Shown here: one piece after another, positions 1-8,895 of the stretch
How the letters are laid out: each line of letters starts with the position of its first letter
Numbering within the stretch: position 1 is the first letter of the stretch
Translations under genes and position numbers: made by a program
Assembly: GCA_045657445.1 (NCBI GenBank)
Contig: JAZOTC010000025.1
Coordinates: forward strand, 21,938-85,937
Reading direction: 5' to 3'
Source of the DNA: Akkermansia sp.
Lineage (GTDB): Bacteria > Verrucomicrobiota > Verrucomicrobiia > Verrucomicrobiales > Akkermansiaceae
DNA: 64,000 nucleotides
Notes under the pieces: generated by a model
Seen by the model: the letters and a program-made list of their open reading frames with translations, nothing else
What the model was told of the DNA's origin: nothing
Database searches by the model: none

Positions 1-356
1 ATTCGTACCTGATGCTTTCTAATGAGAACGTGGATACTTACCGTGGTGCTAATCTCAACTATCTCTCTGATATGACGGTGCGTATCGGTGTGGATGGTGT
101 ATACACGCTTTCTCCGGATGTTTCGTTTACCTTTGGGCTTTCCGTGCTGTATTCTCAGTATGCAGATGGTACTGCAGGTATGGAGGATGAAACGAATGTC
201 ACCTACAGTCCGAAAATTGGTATGAAATACCGGTTCTCGGAGAACCTGACGGGCGATATCAGATACGAGTATACCATTTACAATGCGGATAAGAAGCGTC
301 GGAATTCGGATTATACACGACACATAATATCGACTGGCTTGTCGTACACCTTCTAA
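1..356 (+). CDS. Outer-membrane beta-barrel protein, polysaccharide-export associated (5' truncated by window)
   Basis: Frame open to the window edge; alternating aromatic/hydrophobic beta strands ending in the BAM-type signal LSYTF; directly upstream of wzc/wza. Confidence 0.7.
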   Translation, partial: SYLMLSNENVDTYRGANLNYLSDMTVRIGVDGVYTLSPDVSFTFGLSVLYSQYADGTAGMEDETNVTYSPKIGMKYRFSENLTGDIRYEYTIYNADKKRRNSDYTRHIISTGLSYTF

Positions 357-375
357 TAAATGTAAATATTTTTCC

Positions 376-413
376 GGAGGGGATTTGTGGAAACCACGAC
401 CCCTCCGTTTTTT
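376..413 (+). terminator. Hairpin plus U-tract after the beta-barrel gene
   Basis: ggagggg...cccctcc stem followed by gttttttt. Confidence 0.55.
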
Positions 414-424
414 GATGTTATATA

Positions 425-2638
425 ATGACTATGAACGAAAGCGTTAGTGCGCAGATGCGCTCGGAGGCAGTATTGCATGCTCAGGACTATATGCAGGTTC
501 TGCGCAGTAGATGGAAGGTAGTTCTGCTGGTGTTTCTGTTGGTTTTTGTAAGTAGTGCGGTTATCACGAAGATGATGACACCGCAGTATAGAAGCGGCAT
601 GTCATTCGAAATTAAAATGCCGCGTGATATCATCAACGTGGCAGTGGGGGGTGAAGGAAACCCCATTGCTGCTATGGCGGATAGCAACGCCTATATGCAG
701 ACGCAGTTTGAGATTCTGGTATCCCAGCAGAACCTGATTGCTGTGGCTAATAAACTGGATTTAACGAACGAATGGGGAGTAGACGAGGTTGGTGCAGCTG
801 CCAGATTGATGGGAGTAATTGATGTGATGCCTCGTAAAAACACGAATCTCGTGGATATCGCGGTGGAGATGGATGACCCTCGCGTGGCGCAGCAGGTATG
901 CCAGGCCGTGGTGGATTGTTATAAGGAGATTCGCGAGGAGAAGGAAAATGGCGTTATTAATGAAGCCATTAACAAGCGCTACGAGGTGTTGCGTTCCCGT
1001 CAGGATGAGTTGGAACGCAAGGCTGACGTGGTGCGCCAGTATATTCGCTCCGGCAAGTATGTCCAGGGTATGTGGAATGGGCAGGCTGGGTATGGTTCTC
1101 CGATTTCGACCGGTGCGGAGGAACAGACGCTGCAGCAGCTGAATAATAACCGCCTGGAGATGGAAACCGAGATTGCGCAGATGACGGTTCATATCGGAAA
1201 ACTGCAAGGATTAAAAGACGCGGAGCTGCTTAGCTACGTGACTCGCACAGGGTTGTTGACGGCGGAGTCGTATTGCTCTGCCAAGGTGCGTGAATTGAAT
1301 AATCGCTACACGGAGGAGGAAAATAACCGCACGCAGATGCTGTTGAGTGGCTATGGGGTGAAACATCCTAATGTGCTTCGCCTGGATGAGCAGCACAAGG
1401 CAACCCGTGACCAGCTGTATGAGGAACTGGTAGGTATGCGCGATTCCATGGTGGACCAGCTCGATGTCAAGAAATCAGAGTTGCAGGATCTGGAGCAGCG
1501 CTATACCCAGGCCAAGGACCGCCTGCGCGATAAGTCACTGGAGGACCAGAAGGTCAAGAATGCTCTTGAGGAATATGCTGCTGAAAAGGCCCGTTACGAC
1601 AAGCTTGAGAATGATTACATAGCGGATAAAATGCGCCTGATGGCTCCGCGTACCAGCCTGGAGGTATACAGCCTTCCGGGGCTGGCAACGGCGCCGTCTA
1701 AACCTAATTATCGCCTTAACCTGATTGTTGGTGCGGTGCTTGGTCTGCTTGCCGGTGTGGTTGTTGCATTCATGAGCAACTACTTTGATACCTCCATCAA
1801 GTCTCTGGAGGATGCTGAACGCGCACTTGGACTGCCGGTTCTGGGTGTTATCCCGCAGGATGCCGGTCTTCTTATCCTGCAGGGTGGTGATAGCCCGGAT
1901 GCCGAGGCGTACCGCATTCTCCGCACGAACATTGAGTTGAAGCGAGAGATGTTCCGCGCAACGACTCTTACGATTGTATCTGCTAACGCCGGTGAAGGTA
2001 AGACGACCACGCTGAGCAACTTGGCGTATGTGTTTGCCCAGGCCGGGTACAGCACGCTGATGATTGACGCTGACCTGCGTCGTCCTCGTCTTGCCCGGTA
2101 TGCCGAATTAAAGAGCGAGGTAGGTCTTTCAACCTTCCTTGCCGGTGCGGCAGATTTGCGCGATGTGGTGTTCCAGACCGGTCATGATAATCTGTATATG
2201 CTTCCCAGTGGTCCCATCCCGGTAGATCCGAGTGGTCTTATTGGTTCGCATCGTATGCAGGCTCTCTTGAGTGAAGTATCGAAGCGCTTTGATATCGTGT
2301 TGATTGACTCGCCGCCTGTGTTGGGTGTGAGCGATGCTTCGCTGCTGGTCAGCCGTGCTGACGCCACGCTGCTGGTGCTTCAGCCGCGGAAGATGCCCAT
2401 CAAGGCGTTGAAGCGTGCCAAGATGCTGGTGGAACAGGCTGGTGGCAAGATTATGGGTCTTGTGATGAATAATGTGGATATTGCGGGTGATACGCAGTAC
2501 CAGTACTACACGACTTATTACTCGTACTATAGTAAGGGGGATAACCGTACGGAACCGAAGCCAAGCGAAGTTAAGGAGAAGGTTGCGAAGGTCGGCAGCC
2601 GTGTGGAGAAGGTTGAAACAGAGGACGATTTATACTAA
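425..2638 (+). CDS. wzc: Polysaccharide co-polymerase / tyrosine autokinase (Wzc/GumC)
   Basis: Two TM helices flanking a periplasmic coiled coil; Walker A GEGKTT, IDADLRRP, IDSPP; C-terminal Tyr cluster YQYYTTYYSYY. Confidence 0.93.
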   Translation: MTMNESVSAQMRSEAVLHAQDYMQVLRSRWKVVLLVFLLVFVSSAVITKMMTPQYRSGMSFEIKMPRDIINVAVGGEGNPIAAMADSNAYMQTQFEILVSQQNLIAVANKLDLTNEWGVDEVGAAARLMGVIDVMPRKNTNLVDIAVEMDDPRVAQQVCQAVVDCYKEIREEKENGVINEAINKRYEVLRSRQDELERKADVVRQYIRSGKYVQGMWNGQAGYGSPISTGAEEQTLQQLNNNRLEMETEIAQMTVHIGKLQGLKDAELLSYVTRTGLLTAESYCSAKVRELNNRYTEEENNRTQMLLSGYGVKHPNVLRLDEQHKATRDQLYEELVGMRDSMVDQLDVKKSELQDLEQRYTQAKDRLRDKSLEDQKVKNALEEYAAEKARYDKLENDYIADKMRLMAPRTSLEVYSLPGLATAPSKPNYRLNLIVGAVLGLLAGVVVAFMSNYFDTSIKSLEDAERALGLPVLGVIPQDAGLLILQGGDSPDAEAYRILRTNIELKREMFRATTLTIVSANAGEGKTTTLSNLAYVFAQAGYSTLMIDADLRRPRLARYAELKSEVGLSTFLAGAADLRDVVFQTGHDNLYMLPSGPIPVDPSGLIGSHRMQALLSEVSKRFDIVLIDSPPVLGVSDASLLVSRADATLLVLQPRKMPIKALKRAKMLVEQAGGKIMGLVMNNVDIAGDTQYQYYTTYYSYYSKGDNRTEPKPSEVKEKVAKVGSRVEKVETEDDLY

Positions 2639-2650
2639 TAACAGATTATT

Positions 2651-3268
2651 ATGAAGGAGAAATTCATGCAGATGCTGATGGCTGTTGTCCTGGGGGTGCT
2701 GGCTATGCCCTTGTTTGCTCAGGATGCAGCAACGGAGCCCCGTGCCACCAAAGGTGGAACTGTGGTGCTGCAGTTCAAGAATATTCCGAGTGAGGATGTC
2801 AACAACGTCAACGGTGAATATCCGGTAAGCCGCGAGGATGGTACTATTTCGGTGCCGTATCTTTCGGGACGTGTCAAGGTGGTGGGGCAGACTGCCCGAC
2901 AGGTGGAGAATGCGTTGCGTTCGCTGTACCTCTCTCAGCAGATATACTCTGACCCTATCATCATGGCGAATGTGGGGCCCAAGGGGGAAACTCCTGTGGA
3001 TACCCGCTACATTCAGGTGGCTGGCTATGTGCGAGATAAGCGGAATCTGCCGTATCGTGAGGGCATGACACTGATTCAGGCTCTGATTGACTGCGGTGAT
3101 ATCACGGATTTCGGCTCTCGTAAGATTCAGGTGACCCGCGGTAAGGTGACTCGTACATATGACTATTTCAGTGCACGTGACCGCTCCATCAAGCTTCTGC
3201 CAAACGATTCGGTCCATGTTCCGAGACGTCCGGCATTCGAGGGCCGACCGGATAAGATTGGACCGTAA
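2651..3268 (+). CDS. wza: Polysaccharide export protein (Wza/Poly_export plus SLBB)
   Basis: Signal peptide; DGTISVPYLSGRVKVVGQT Poly_export motif; VAGYV..GMTLIQAL SLBB motif. Confidence 0.85.
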   Translation: MKEKFMQMLMAVVLGVLAMPLFAQDAATEPRATKGGTVVLQFKNIPSEDVNNVNGEYPVSREDGTISVPYLSGRVKVVGQTARQVENALRSLYLSQQIYSDPIIMANVGPKGETPVDTRYIQVAGYVRDKRNLPYREGMTLIQALIDCGDITDFGSRKIQVTRGKVTRTYDYFSARDRSIKLLPNDSVHVPRRPAFEGRPDKIGP

Positions 3269-3286
3269 TTGATATAACGGATTGAT

Positions 3287-3318
3287 GGCTCCGGCAGTTT
3301 CTGCCGGAGCTTGTTTTT
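3287..3318 (+). terminator. Intrinsic terminator after wza
   Basis: gctccggcag-ttt-ctgccggagc then ttgttttt. Confidence 0.75.
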
Positions 3319-3338
3319 CGGGAAGAAAGTACGAGGTT

Positions 3339-4451
3339 ATGCCTGGAGCGGTGACGAGGAAGGTTCTGCTGTTGAGTGTTGGCTATGGAAAAGGTCATCA
3401 TTCGGCGGCAGCTGCTCTGGCTGAGACATACGCTGAGCTCGGATGGCAGAGCCGCGTGGTTGATGTGTGCGAGGAATCGCAACCTTTTCTTTTCAGCCTG
3501 ACTCAGCGTTTCTATTCCTTCTGTGTGCGCCAGGCTCCGTGGATATGGGGACTGACCTACAGATTGACCGATGCTGCCGATTGGGCGCTTCTGATTCACA
3601 GCCCATTCCTGCGGCCGGTGGTGCGGTATCTGCGGCGTCTTCTGGCCGAGATGCAACCGGACCTGGTTATCTGTACCTATCCTTTGTTTGCCTATATGCT
3701 CGATGAGCTGAGGAATAAGGGGTATACAGATGTGCCATACGCTGTGGTGGTCACGGATGCTCGTGAGATTAGCCGCCCCTGGATGTGTTCTGACGCTCCC
3801 ATGGTTATTGTGCCAGACGAGGGGTCACGCCATTGTGTGATGGAGCGCTACGCCAGGGGGCAATGCGAGATTGTGGCCGCAGGGTTCCCTGTGAGTAGCA
3901 AATTCTCTCCATCATCGACCCGCTGTGTGCCGGGGGATGGGGAACTCCGTATCCTGTATGGTGCGTATCGCCAGATTGGCGGCGTGGTGAATGATATTGC
4001 CTGCATGCTGGGAGCATTTCCCCAACTTCGGCTTACTGTTCTTGCCGGACGTCATGCGAAAAGGTTGCAGCGGAAGTTTGCAGCATACTGCGCCGATGGC
4101 CGCCTGCTTGTGCTGAGAGAAAGCAACCAGATGGCAGACTTGCTGCGAGAAAGCCATTTTTATGTGGGCAAGGCGGGGGCTGCTACTATGTTTGAGTGCT
4201 ATGCCTCCGAAGTGCCTGCGATTGTTAATTTCATCTTGCCCGGCCAGGAGGAGGGGAATCTTGAACTCCTGTTGGAGGATGGTTCCGGTTGTCATGTTGA
4301 ATCTACTGCGCACCTGGTAGATACAGTGCGTCGCCTGCTGGCGCATGGGGCGCAGGGGTGGATGCGGATGAGGGATAAAATGGCAGCGGCACATCGCCAG
4401 AATGGGGCGCGGTGTATTGCAGCTGCCATAGAACGTATATTAAAAGTATGA
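3339..4451 (+). CDS. MGDG synthase / UgtP-like diacylglycerol glycosyltransferase (GT28)
   Basis: GYGKGHHSAA, PDLVICTYP, VGKAGAAT and PGQEEGN motifs; start placed after the terminator, with gaggt upstream. Confidence 0.85.
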   Translation: MPGAVTRKVLLLSVGYGKGHHSAAAALAETYAELGWQSRVVDVCEESQPFLFSLTQRFYSFCVRQAPWIWGLTYRLTDAADWALLIHSPFLRPVVRYLRRLLAEMQPDLVICTYPLFAYMLDELRNKGYTDVPYAVVVTDAREISRPWMCSDAPMVIVPDEGSRHCVMERYARGQCEIVAAGFPVSSKFSPSSTRCVPGDGELRILYGAYRQIGGVVNDIACMLGAFPQLRLTVLAGRHAKRLQRKFAAYCADGRLLVLRESNQMADLLRESHFYVGKAGAATMFECYASEVPAIVNFILPGQEEGNLELLLEDGSGCHVESTAHLVDTVRRLLAHGAQGWMRMRDKMAAAHRQNGARCIAAAIERILKV

Positions 4452-5188
4452 ATTGTTTGCTGGTTGATAATTCGAACACTCGTACAAAGTTTGCTCTGTG
4501 GAGCCCTGAAAAGGAAATGGAGGTGCGAATAGCTCCCACTGCCGAGCTTTCCTTGATTCGCCTCGCTGATTTGCTGCGCGACTGGTGTTTTGATGAGGTG
4601 TATATATGTTCTGTTGTGCCGCAGGTGGCTGCGTTGGTAGCGCAGGCCTGTGCAGATGCGAAGGTTCATTATATAAACTATCAGTCATCCACTGCCGTGG
4701 ATTTTTCCGGATACCGGGGCGTGGAGACGCTGGGGGCAGACCGTGTGGCAGATGTTCTGGGGGCTGTGCAGCAGTTGGAACGTCCGCTGGTGGCTGTGGA
4801 TCTGGGTACAGCCACTACTTATGATGTGGTTTGCGATAAGGACGGTACCCCGGTTTTTAAGGGAGGCCTGATTGCTCCGGGTATTGCTTCAATGGCGGCG
4901 TCTCTGCAGGCCAGGACGGCGCAGCTCCCTCTGGTGACGGATTGGCAGCGCGAGGTCATCATCGGTCAGGATACGCAGGAAGCCATGGGGGCTGCGTTGC
5001 GAATCGGCTACCCGGCCATGGTGGATGCCATCCTGGACTCTATAGAGCGCGAACTGGGAGAGAAAATCAACGTGGTGCTGACCGGCGGGGATGCCGCCGC
5101 TATTGCTCCACTTTTGCGTCGTTCCTGCAAAATTGACCCATTGCTCACGTTGAGAGGCATTGCATTTGCCGCTGGTATTCAGCTTTGA
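4448..5188 (+). CDS. coaX: Type III pantothenate kinase
   Basis: LVDNSNTRTK, LGADR, VDLGTATT, GGLIAPG, LTGGDA; ATGA overlap with the upstream gene. Confidence 0.92.
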   Translation: MNCLLVDNSNTRTKFALWSPEKEMEVRIAPTAELSLIRLADLLRDWCFDEVYICSVVPQVAALVAQACADAKVHYINYQSSTAVDFSGYRGVETLGADRVADVLGAVQQLERPLVAVDLGTATTYDVVCDKDGTPVFKGGLIAPGIASMAASLQARTAQLPLVTDWQREVIIGQDTQEAMGAALRIGYPAMVDAILDSIERELGEKINVVLTGGDAAAIAPLLRRSCKIDPLLTLRGIAFAAGIQL

Positions 5189-5221
5189 CGCGTTTTTTTT
5201 GAGCATGCTTTAGTTTTTTTG

Positions 5222-5250
5222 TTGCAAGAAGCCTTGGAACACGCTACAAT
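5222..5250 (+). promoter_or_regulatory. Sigma70 promoter of acpP
   Basis: TTGCAA-17 bp-TACAAT. Confidence 0.7.
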
Positions 5251-5276
5251 GAATGCGCTTAAAACCTGAACATCTT

Positions 5277-5516
5277 ATGTCCGACAATATCGAATCCCAG
5301 GTAAAAGAAATCATCGCTGCTCAGCTCAGCGTTGACCCCGAAAAAGTGACCTCCGATGCCAAGTTCATCGAGGATCTTGGTGCCGACTCTCTTGACACCG
5401 TAGAGCTCGTGATGGCTTTCGAGGATAAGTTCTCCGTGGAAGTTCCCGACGAGGACGCCGAGAAGCTCAAGTCCGTGGCTGACGTTGTGGCTTACATCGA
5501 GGCTCACAAGGCCTGA
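5277..5516 (+). CDS. acpP: Acyl carrier protein
   Basis: [17 protein letters not shown] phosphopantetheine motif. Confidence 0.97.
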   Translation: MSDNIESQVKEIIAAQLSVDPEKVTSDAKFIEDLGADSLDTVELVMAFEDKFSVEVPDEDAEKLKSVADVVAYIEAHKA

Positions 5517-5543
5517 TAAGCCCGGTGGCTTTTTCAAGATAAC

Positions 5544-5585
5544 GGGCGGTTCCTCCCTCATCCGGCGGAGCCGCCCTTTGCTTTT
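5544..5585 (+). terminator. Probable terminator after acpP
   Basis: gggcggttcc...ggagccgccc followed by tttgctttt. Confidence 0.5.
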
Positions 5586-6110
5586 ATGAACCGGAGCTCC
5601 ATTGATTATGCCATGCGAAACACGCGGGTGCTGTACGTGCCCGACCGCCGCATTGATTCATTTGGGGATACCCGGTTTAATTTCCGGCTGATTACGGAGC
5701 CGATGGATGAGGTCGGGGTGTGCCGCATCCGCAGCGGGTGGGTGGAGGCAAATCGCCCCCGCATCCTGCGCCCTGCGGATTTACGCGGCATTGAAACCGA
5801 GGGGTTTGGTGCAGATGCAGCCCGTTTTTTCGAATGGATGCAGGCGCATGGAGCCCGTTTGCAGGCTTTGTTTGAATATGGATTTCGCTTTGGCCGCTCG
5901 GATGTAAGCGAAGAATTGGTACACGATGTCACGGCTGATGTGACGGAGCGCGTGGTGCAGGAATCGCTCAGCTCTGGCGATCCTTTCAGGGCGGTTATAG
6001 CAGGAGTGGATGATGCCTGGGAGGTGTCGTTGCTCTTCTTTATGTTGGAAATGATTCAGAAATCTCATGAAATCAATATATTCGATTTTCGTCGCAGGGG
6101 CCTTCTTTAG
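5586..6110 (+). CDS. Hypothetical protein
   Basis: 174-aa ORF with host-like codon usage filling the gap between acpP and the LysM gene. Confidence 0.7.
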   Translation: MNRSSIDYAMRNTRVLYVPDRRIDSFGDTRFNFRLITEPMDEVGVCRIRSGWVEANRPRILRPADLRGIETEGFGADAARFFEWMQAHGARLQALFEYGFRFGRSDVSEELVHDVTADVTERVVQESLSSGDPFRAVIAGVDDAWEVSLLFFMLEMIQKSHEINIFDFRRRGLL

Positions 6111-6834
6111 TCTGGCTGGTGCAGTGGTTGCAGCGGAGAATTACTCGCTCTGGCCGCGCCGCCCGGAGGAACTGGAACAAGCCCGTCGGCTCATGCAGGA
6201 GCAGAAGGGCGGGGAGGCTGTGCTGCTGCTTCAGCCTTTTGTTACCGATACCGGCATTGCAGGACGCGAAGCCCGCCAGATATGCGGGCGAGTCAATGTG
6301 CCACGCTATCTTTCCCGCATGCATCCAGGTGCGAGGGTGTACACTGTGCGCAAGGGTGATAATATAGCCCGCATTGCCGCCAGAGAAAAATGCCCCCAGG
6401 ATGTCATTATGCTGCTCAATGGAATTGTGGAGCCCTCTAATATACGCATCGGGCAGAAGCTGGTGGTCGTGCCCATGCGTCTGCGTGTGGAAGTTCACCC
6501 CTTGCAGCGGGAGGTATCTGTGTGGGATGGTGAGCAGCTGGTGGCTGATTACCCCATTATCGGGATGGATGAAATCCCCCGGGCTCGCCAGAAGACACAA
6601 AAGACAAAGGTGGTAGCTCGCGAGGGGTATGTGGAGGGAATGGCTGTGCTGCCCCGCTCGCCGCAGTACCCCGCATCCGAACGTGTGCTGGTGCTGGGAA
6701 ATGGTATGGCTCTGGCTGGTGGGCAGAACGGCCGCGCTGCTATTTGCCTGCGGATGGACCAGAAGGATTTGAATGAGCTTGCGCTGATGCTGGATTGCGG
6801 TTCCGAGGTGCTGGTTTCCTACCCGGAACGCTGA
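6067..6834 (+). CDS. LysM protein with a divergent L,D-transpeptidase (YkuD)-like C-terminus
   Basis: Signal peptide; LysM YTVRKGDNIARIA...NIRIGQKLVV; C-terminal ICLRM..DLNEL resembles the YkuD GCIRL segment. Confidence 0.75.
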   Translation: MKSIYSIFVAGAFFSLAGAVVAAENYSLWPRRPEELEQARRLMQEQKGGEAVLLLQPFVTDTGIAGREARQICGRVNVPRYLSRMHPGARVYTVRKGDNIARIAAREKCPQDVIMLLNGIVEPSNIRIGQKLVVVPMRLRVEVHPLQREVSVWDGEQLVADYPIIGMDEIPRARQKTQKTKVVAREGYVEGMAVLPRSPQYPASERVLVLGNGMALAGGQNGRAAICLRMDQKDLNELALMLDCGSEVLVSYPER

Positions 6835-6962
6835 TTTGCGATACAATCTGGCATGAGAGACGAAAATAATGCTTTTCATGCGCTCATCGGTTTGGTATAA
6901 TTTCGCCCGATTTCAGAGTTGTGATAGAAACTCTGCTGTAAACATCTACATTCCAAAATACT

Positions 6963-8816
6963 ATGAACACTACGTCCGCATGTAAGTCCATGTCTGAAGG
7001 TAAAATGATGACCGGGGCCGAAGCCCTTGTGCAAAGCCTGGTTCGTGAGGGTGTAGATGTAGTATTTGCCTACCCCGGCGGTGCCAGCATGCCGATTCAC
7101 CAGGCGCTGAGCCACGAGCCGTCCATTCGCACGATTCTGCCTCGCCACGAGCAGGGTGGAGCCTTTGCTGCAGAGGGTTATGGCCGTGTTACGGGTAAGG
7201 TGGGTGTGTGTATGTCTACCTCTGGTCCCGGTGCCACGAATATGATTACTCCCATTGCCGATGCAATGCTGGATTCCATTCCCATGGTGGCGATTACGGC
7301 GCAGGTAGGCAGCGGCCTTATCGGTACTTCGGCTTTCCAGGAAACGGATGTGTTCGGCATGACTGCCCCCATCGTGAAGCACAGCTACCTGGTAACGGAT
7401 TTGAATGATATTCCCCGCATTGTGCGCGAGGCGTTCCATGTGGCCCGTACTGGTCGTCCGGGGCCCGTGGTGATTGATATCCCCAAGAATTTCCAGGAGG
7501 GCAAGTTTATTCCCGATTTCGATGCACCGCTTGATCTGCCCGGCTACAAGCCGGTGATTCCGCTGAATACCAAGGCTTTGGATGAGGTGCTGCCGCTTCT
7601 TCTGAATGCCAAGCGTCCCGCTATTTATGCTGGCGGTGGTGTGGTGATTTCGGATGCTTCCAAGCAGCTTCTTGAGTTTGCGGAGCGACTTCAGATTCCC
7701 GTAGCTACTACCCTTATGGGTATTGGCGCCATGCCGGAAAACCACCCGCTTTCGGTGCGTTGGCTGGGAATGCATGGTGCTGTTTATGCGAATAATACGG
7801 TCAATGAGGCCGATGTGGTGCTGGCGATTGGTGCGCGCTTCGATGACCGCGTGACGGGTGCGGTGCGTACGTTCTGCGAGCATGCGAAGATTATTCACAT
7901 CGATTACGATGCCGCCGAGCTCAACAAGAATAAGAAGGTTGACTATGCTATTCGCTCTGATGCGGCGGAGGCTCTTGCTTACCTGAACTCCAAGCTGGAG
8001 GAAATGGGGATGGCTCCGCGCGAGTATGCCGTGTCCAACCGCCCCGAGTGGTTCGGCATTATTGAAAAATGGAAGGAGCAGTACCCGCTTTGCTACGAGA
8101 AAAAGGAGCGTGAAATTGCGCCCCAGCAGGTGATTGAGGAACTCTATAACCAGCTGAAGGATGAGGATGCCATCATCTGCACCGGCGTGGGACAGCACCA
8201 GATGTTTGCCGCCCAGTTCTACAAGTTCAACCAGCCTCGCCGCCTGTCTACTTCCGGCGGTCTGGGCTCCATGGGCTATGGTCTGCCGGCCGCGATGGGT
8301 GCTCATGTAGCATATCCCGATAAACCTGTGGTGAACATTGATGGCGACGGTTCGTTCCTCATGAATGTGCAGGAACTGGGTACCATTCACATTGAGAAGA
8401 TGCCCATCAAGTGCATTATTCTGGATAACCAGCACCTTGGTATGGTGGTGCAGTGGGAAGACCTTAAATATGATTCCAACCGAGCCCAGACTTTCCTGGC
8501 TGACCCGGCTGATGAATACGACCGCACTCACCGTACCCCGGAAATTCTTTACCCGAACTTCCCGGTGCTCTGCGCCGGCTTCGGTATCAAGTGTGAGCGT
8601 GTGGTCGACCCCGCCGATTTGGCTCCCGCCATCAAGCGCATGCTGGAATCCAAGGAAGCCTATGTGCTGGACGTGATGGTACCGTACGATGTGCATGTGC
8701 TTCCCATGATTCCCGGCGGTATGGGCTATCGCGATGTGCTCCTGGAACGCATTGCTGGCGATGGCAAGGGCCGCAGGGCTTCTGAGCTAGGCAAGGAAAT
8801 TCCATCCGCACTCTAA
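6963..8816 (+). CDS. ilvB: Acetolactate synthase large subunit
   Basis: FAYPGGA, RHEQG, TSGPGATN, GVGQHQM and the ThDP motif GDGSFLMN. Confidence 0.96.
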   Translation: MNTTSACKSMSEGKMMTGAEALVQSLVREGVDVVFAYPGGASMPIHQALSHEPSIRTILPRHEQGGAFAAEGYGRVTGKVGVCMSTSGPGATNMITPIADAMLDSIPMVAITAQVGSGLIGTSAFQETDVFGMTAPIVKHSYLVTDLNDIPRIVREAFHVARTGRPGPVVIDIPKNFQEGKFIPDFDAPLDLPGYKPVIPLNTKALDEVLPLLLNAKRPAIYAGGGVVISDASKQLLEFAERLQIPVATTLMGIGAMPENHPLSVRWLGMHGAVYANNTVNEADVVLAIGARFDDRVTGAVRTFCEHAKIIHIDYDAAELNKNKKVDYAIRSDAAEALAYLNSKLEEMGMAPREYAVSNRPEWFGIIEKWKEQYPLCYEKKEREIAPQQVIEELYNQLKDEDAIICTGVGQHQMFAAQFYKFNQPRRLSTSGGLGSMGYGLPAAMGAHVAYPDKPVVNIDGDGSFLMNVQELGTIHIEKMPIKCIILDNQHLGMVVQWEDLKYDSNRAQTFLADPADEYDRTHRTPEILYPNFPVLCAGFGIKCERVVDPADLAPAIKRMLESKEAYVLDVMVPYDVHVLPMIPGGMGYRDVLLERIAGDGKGRRASELGKEIPSAL

Positions 8817-8827
8817 AATGAGTATTC

Positions 8828-8871
8828 ATGACTCACATGCTGCATGTTGTGGCATGTGAGTCGTTCTTTTT
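8828..8871 (+). terminator. Intrinsic terminator after ilvB
   Basis: gactcacatgc...gcatgtgagtc followed by gttcttttt. Confidence 0.75.
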
Positions 8872-8895
8872 CGGGAGGAAGTAGAAAATAGCATT

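Noticed and set aside
3282-3338. Longer N-terminus for the glycosyltransferase as given in the ORF track
   Set aside because: It overlaps the wza terminator hairpin; the ATG at 3339 fits the family start better
6835-6962. Branched-chain amino-acid attenuator upstream of ilvB
   Set aside because: No Leu/Ile/Val-rich leader peptide, T-box or terminator/antiterminator pair seen
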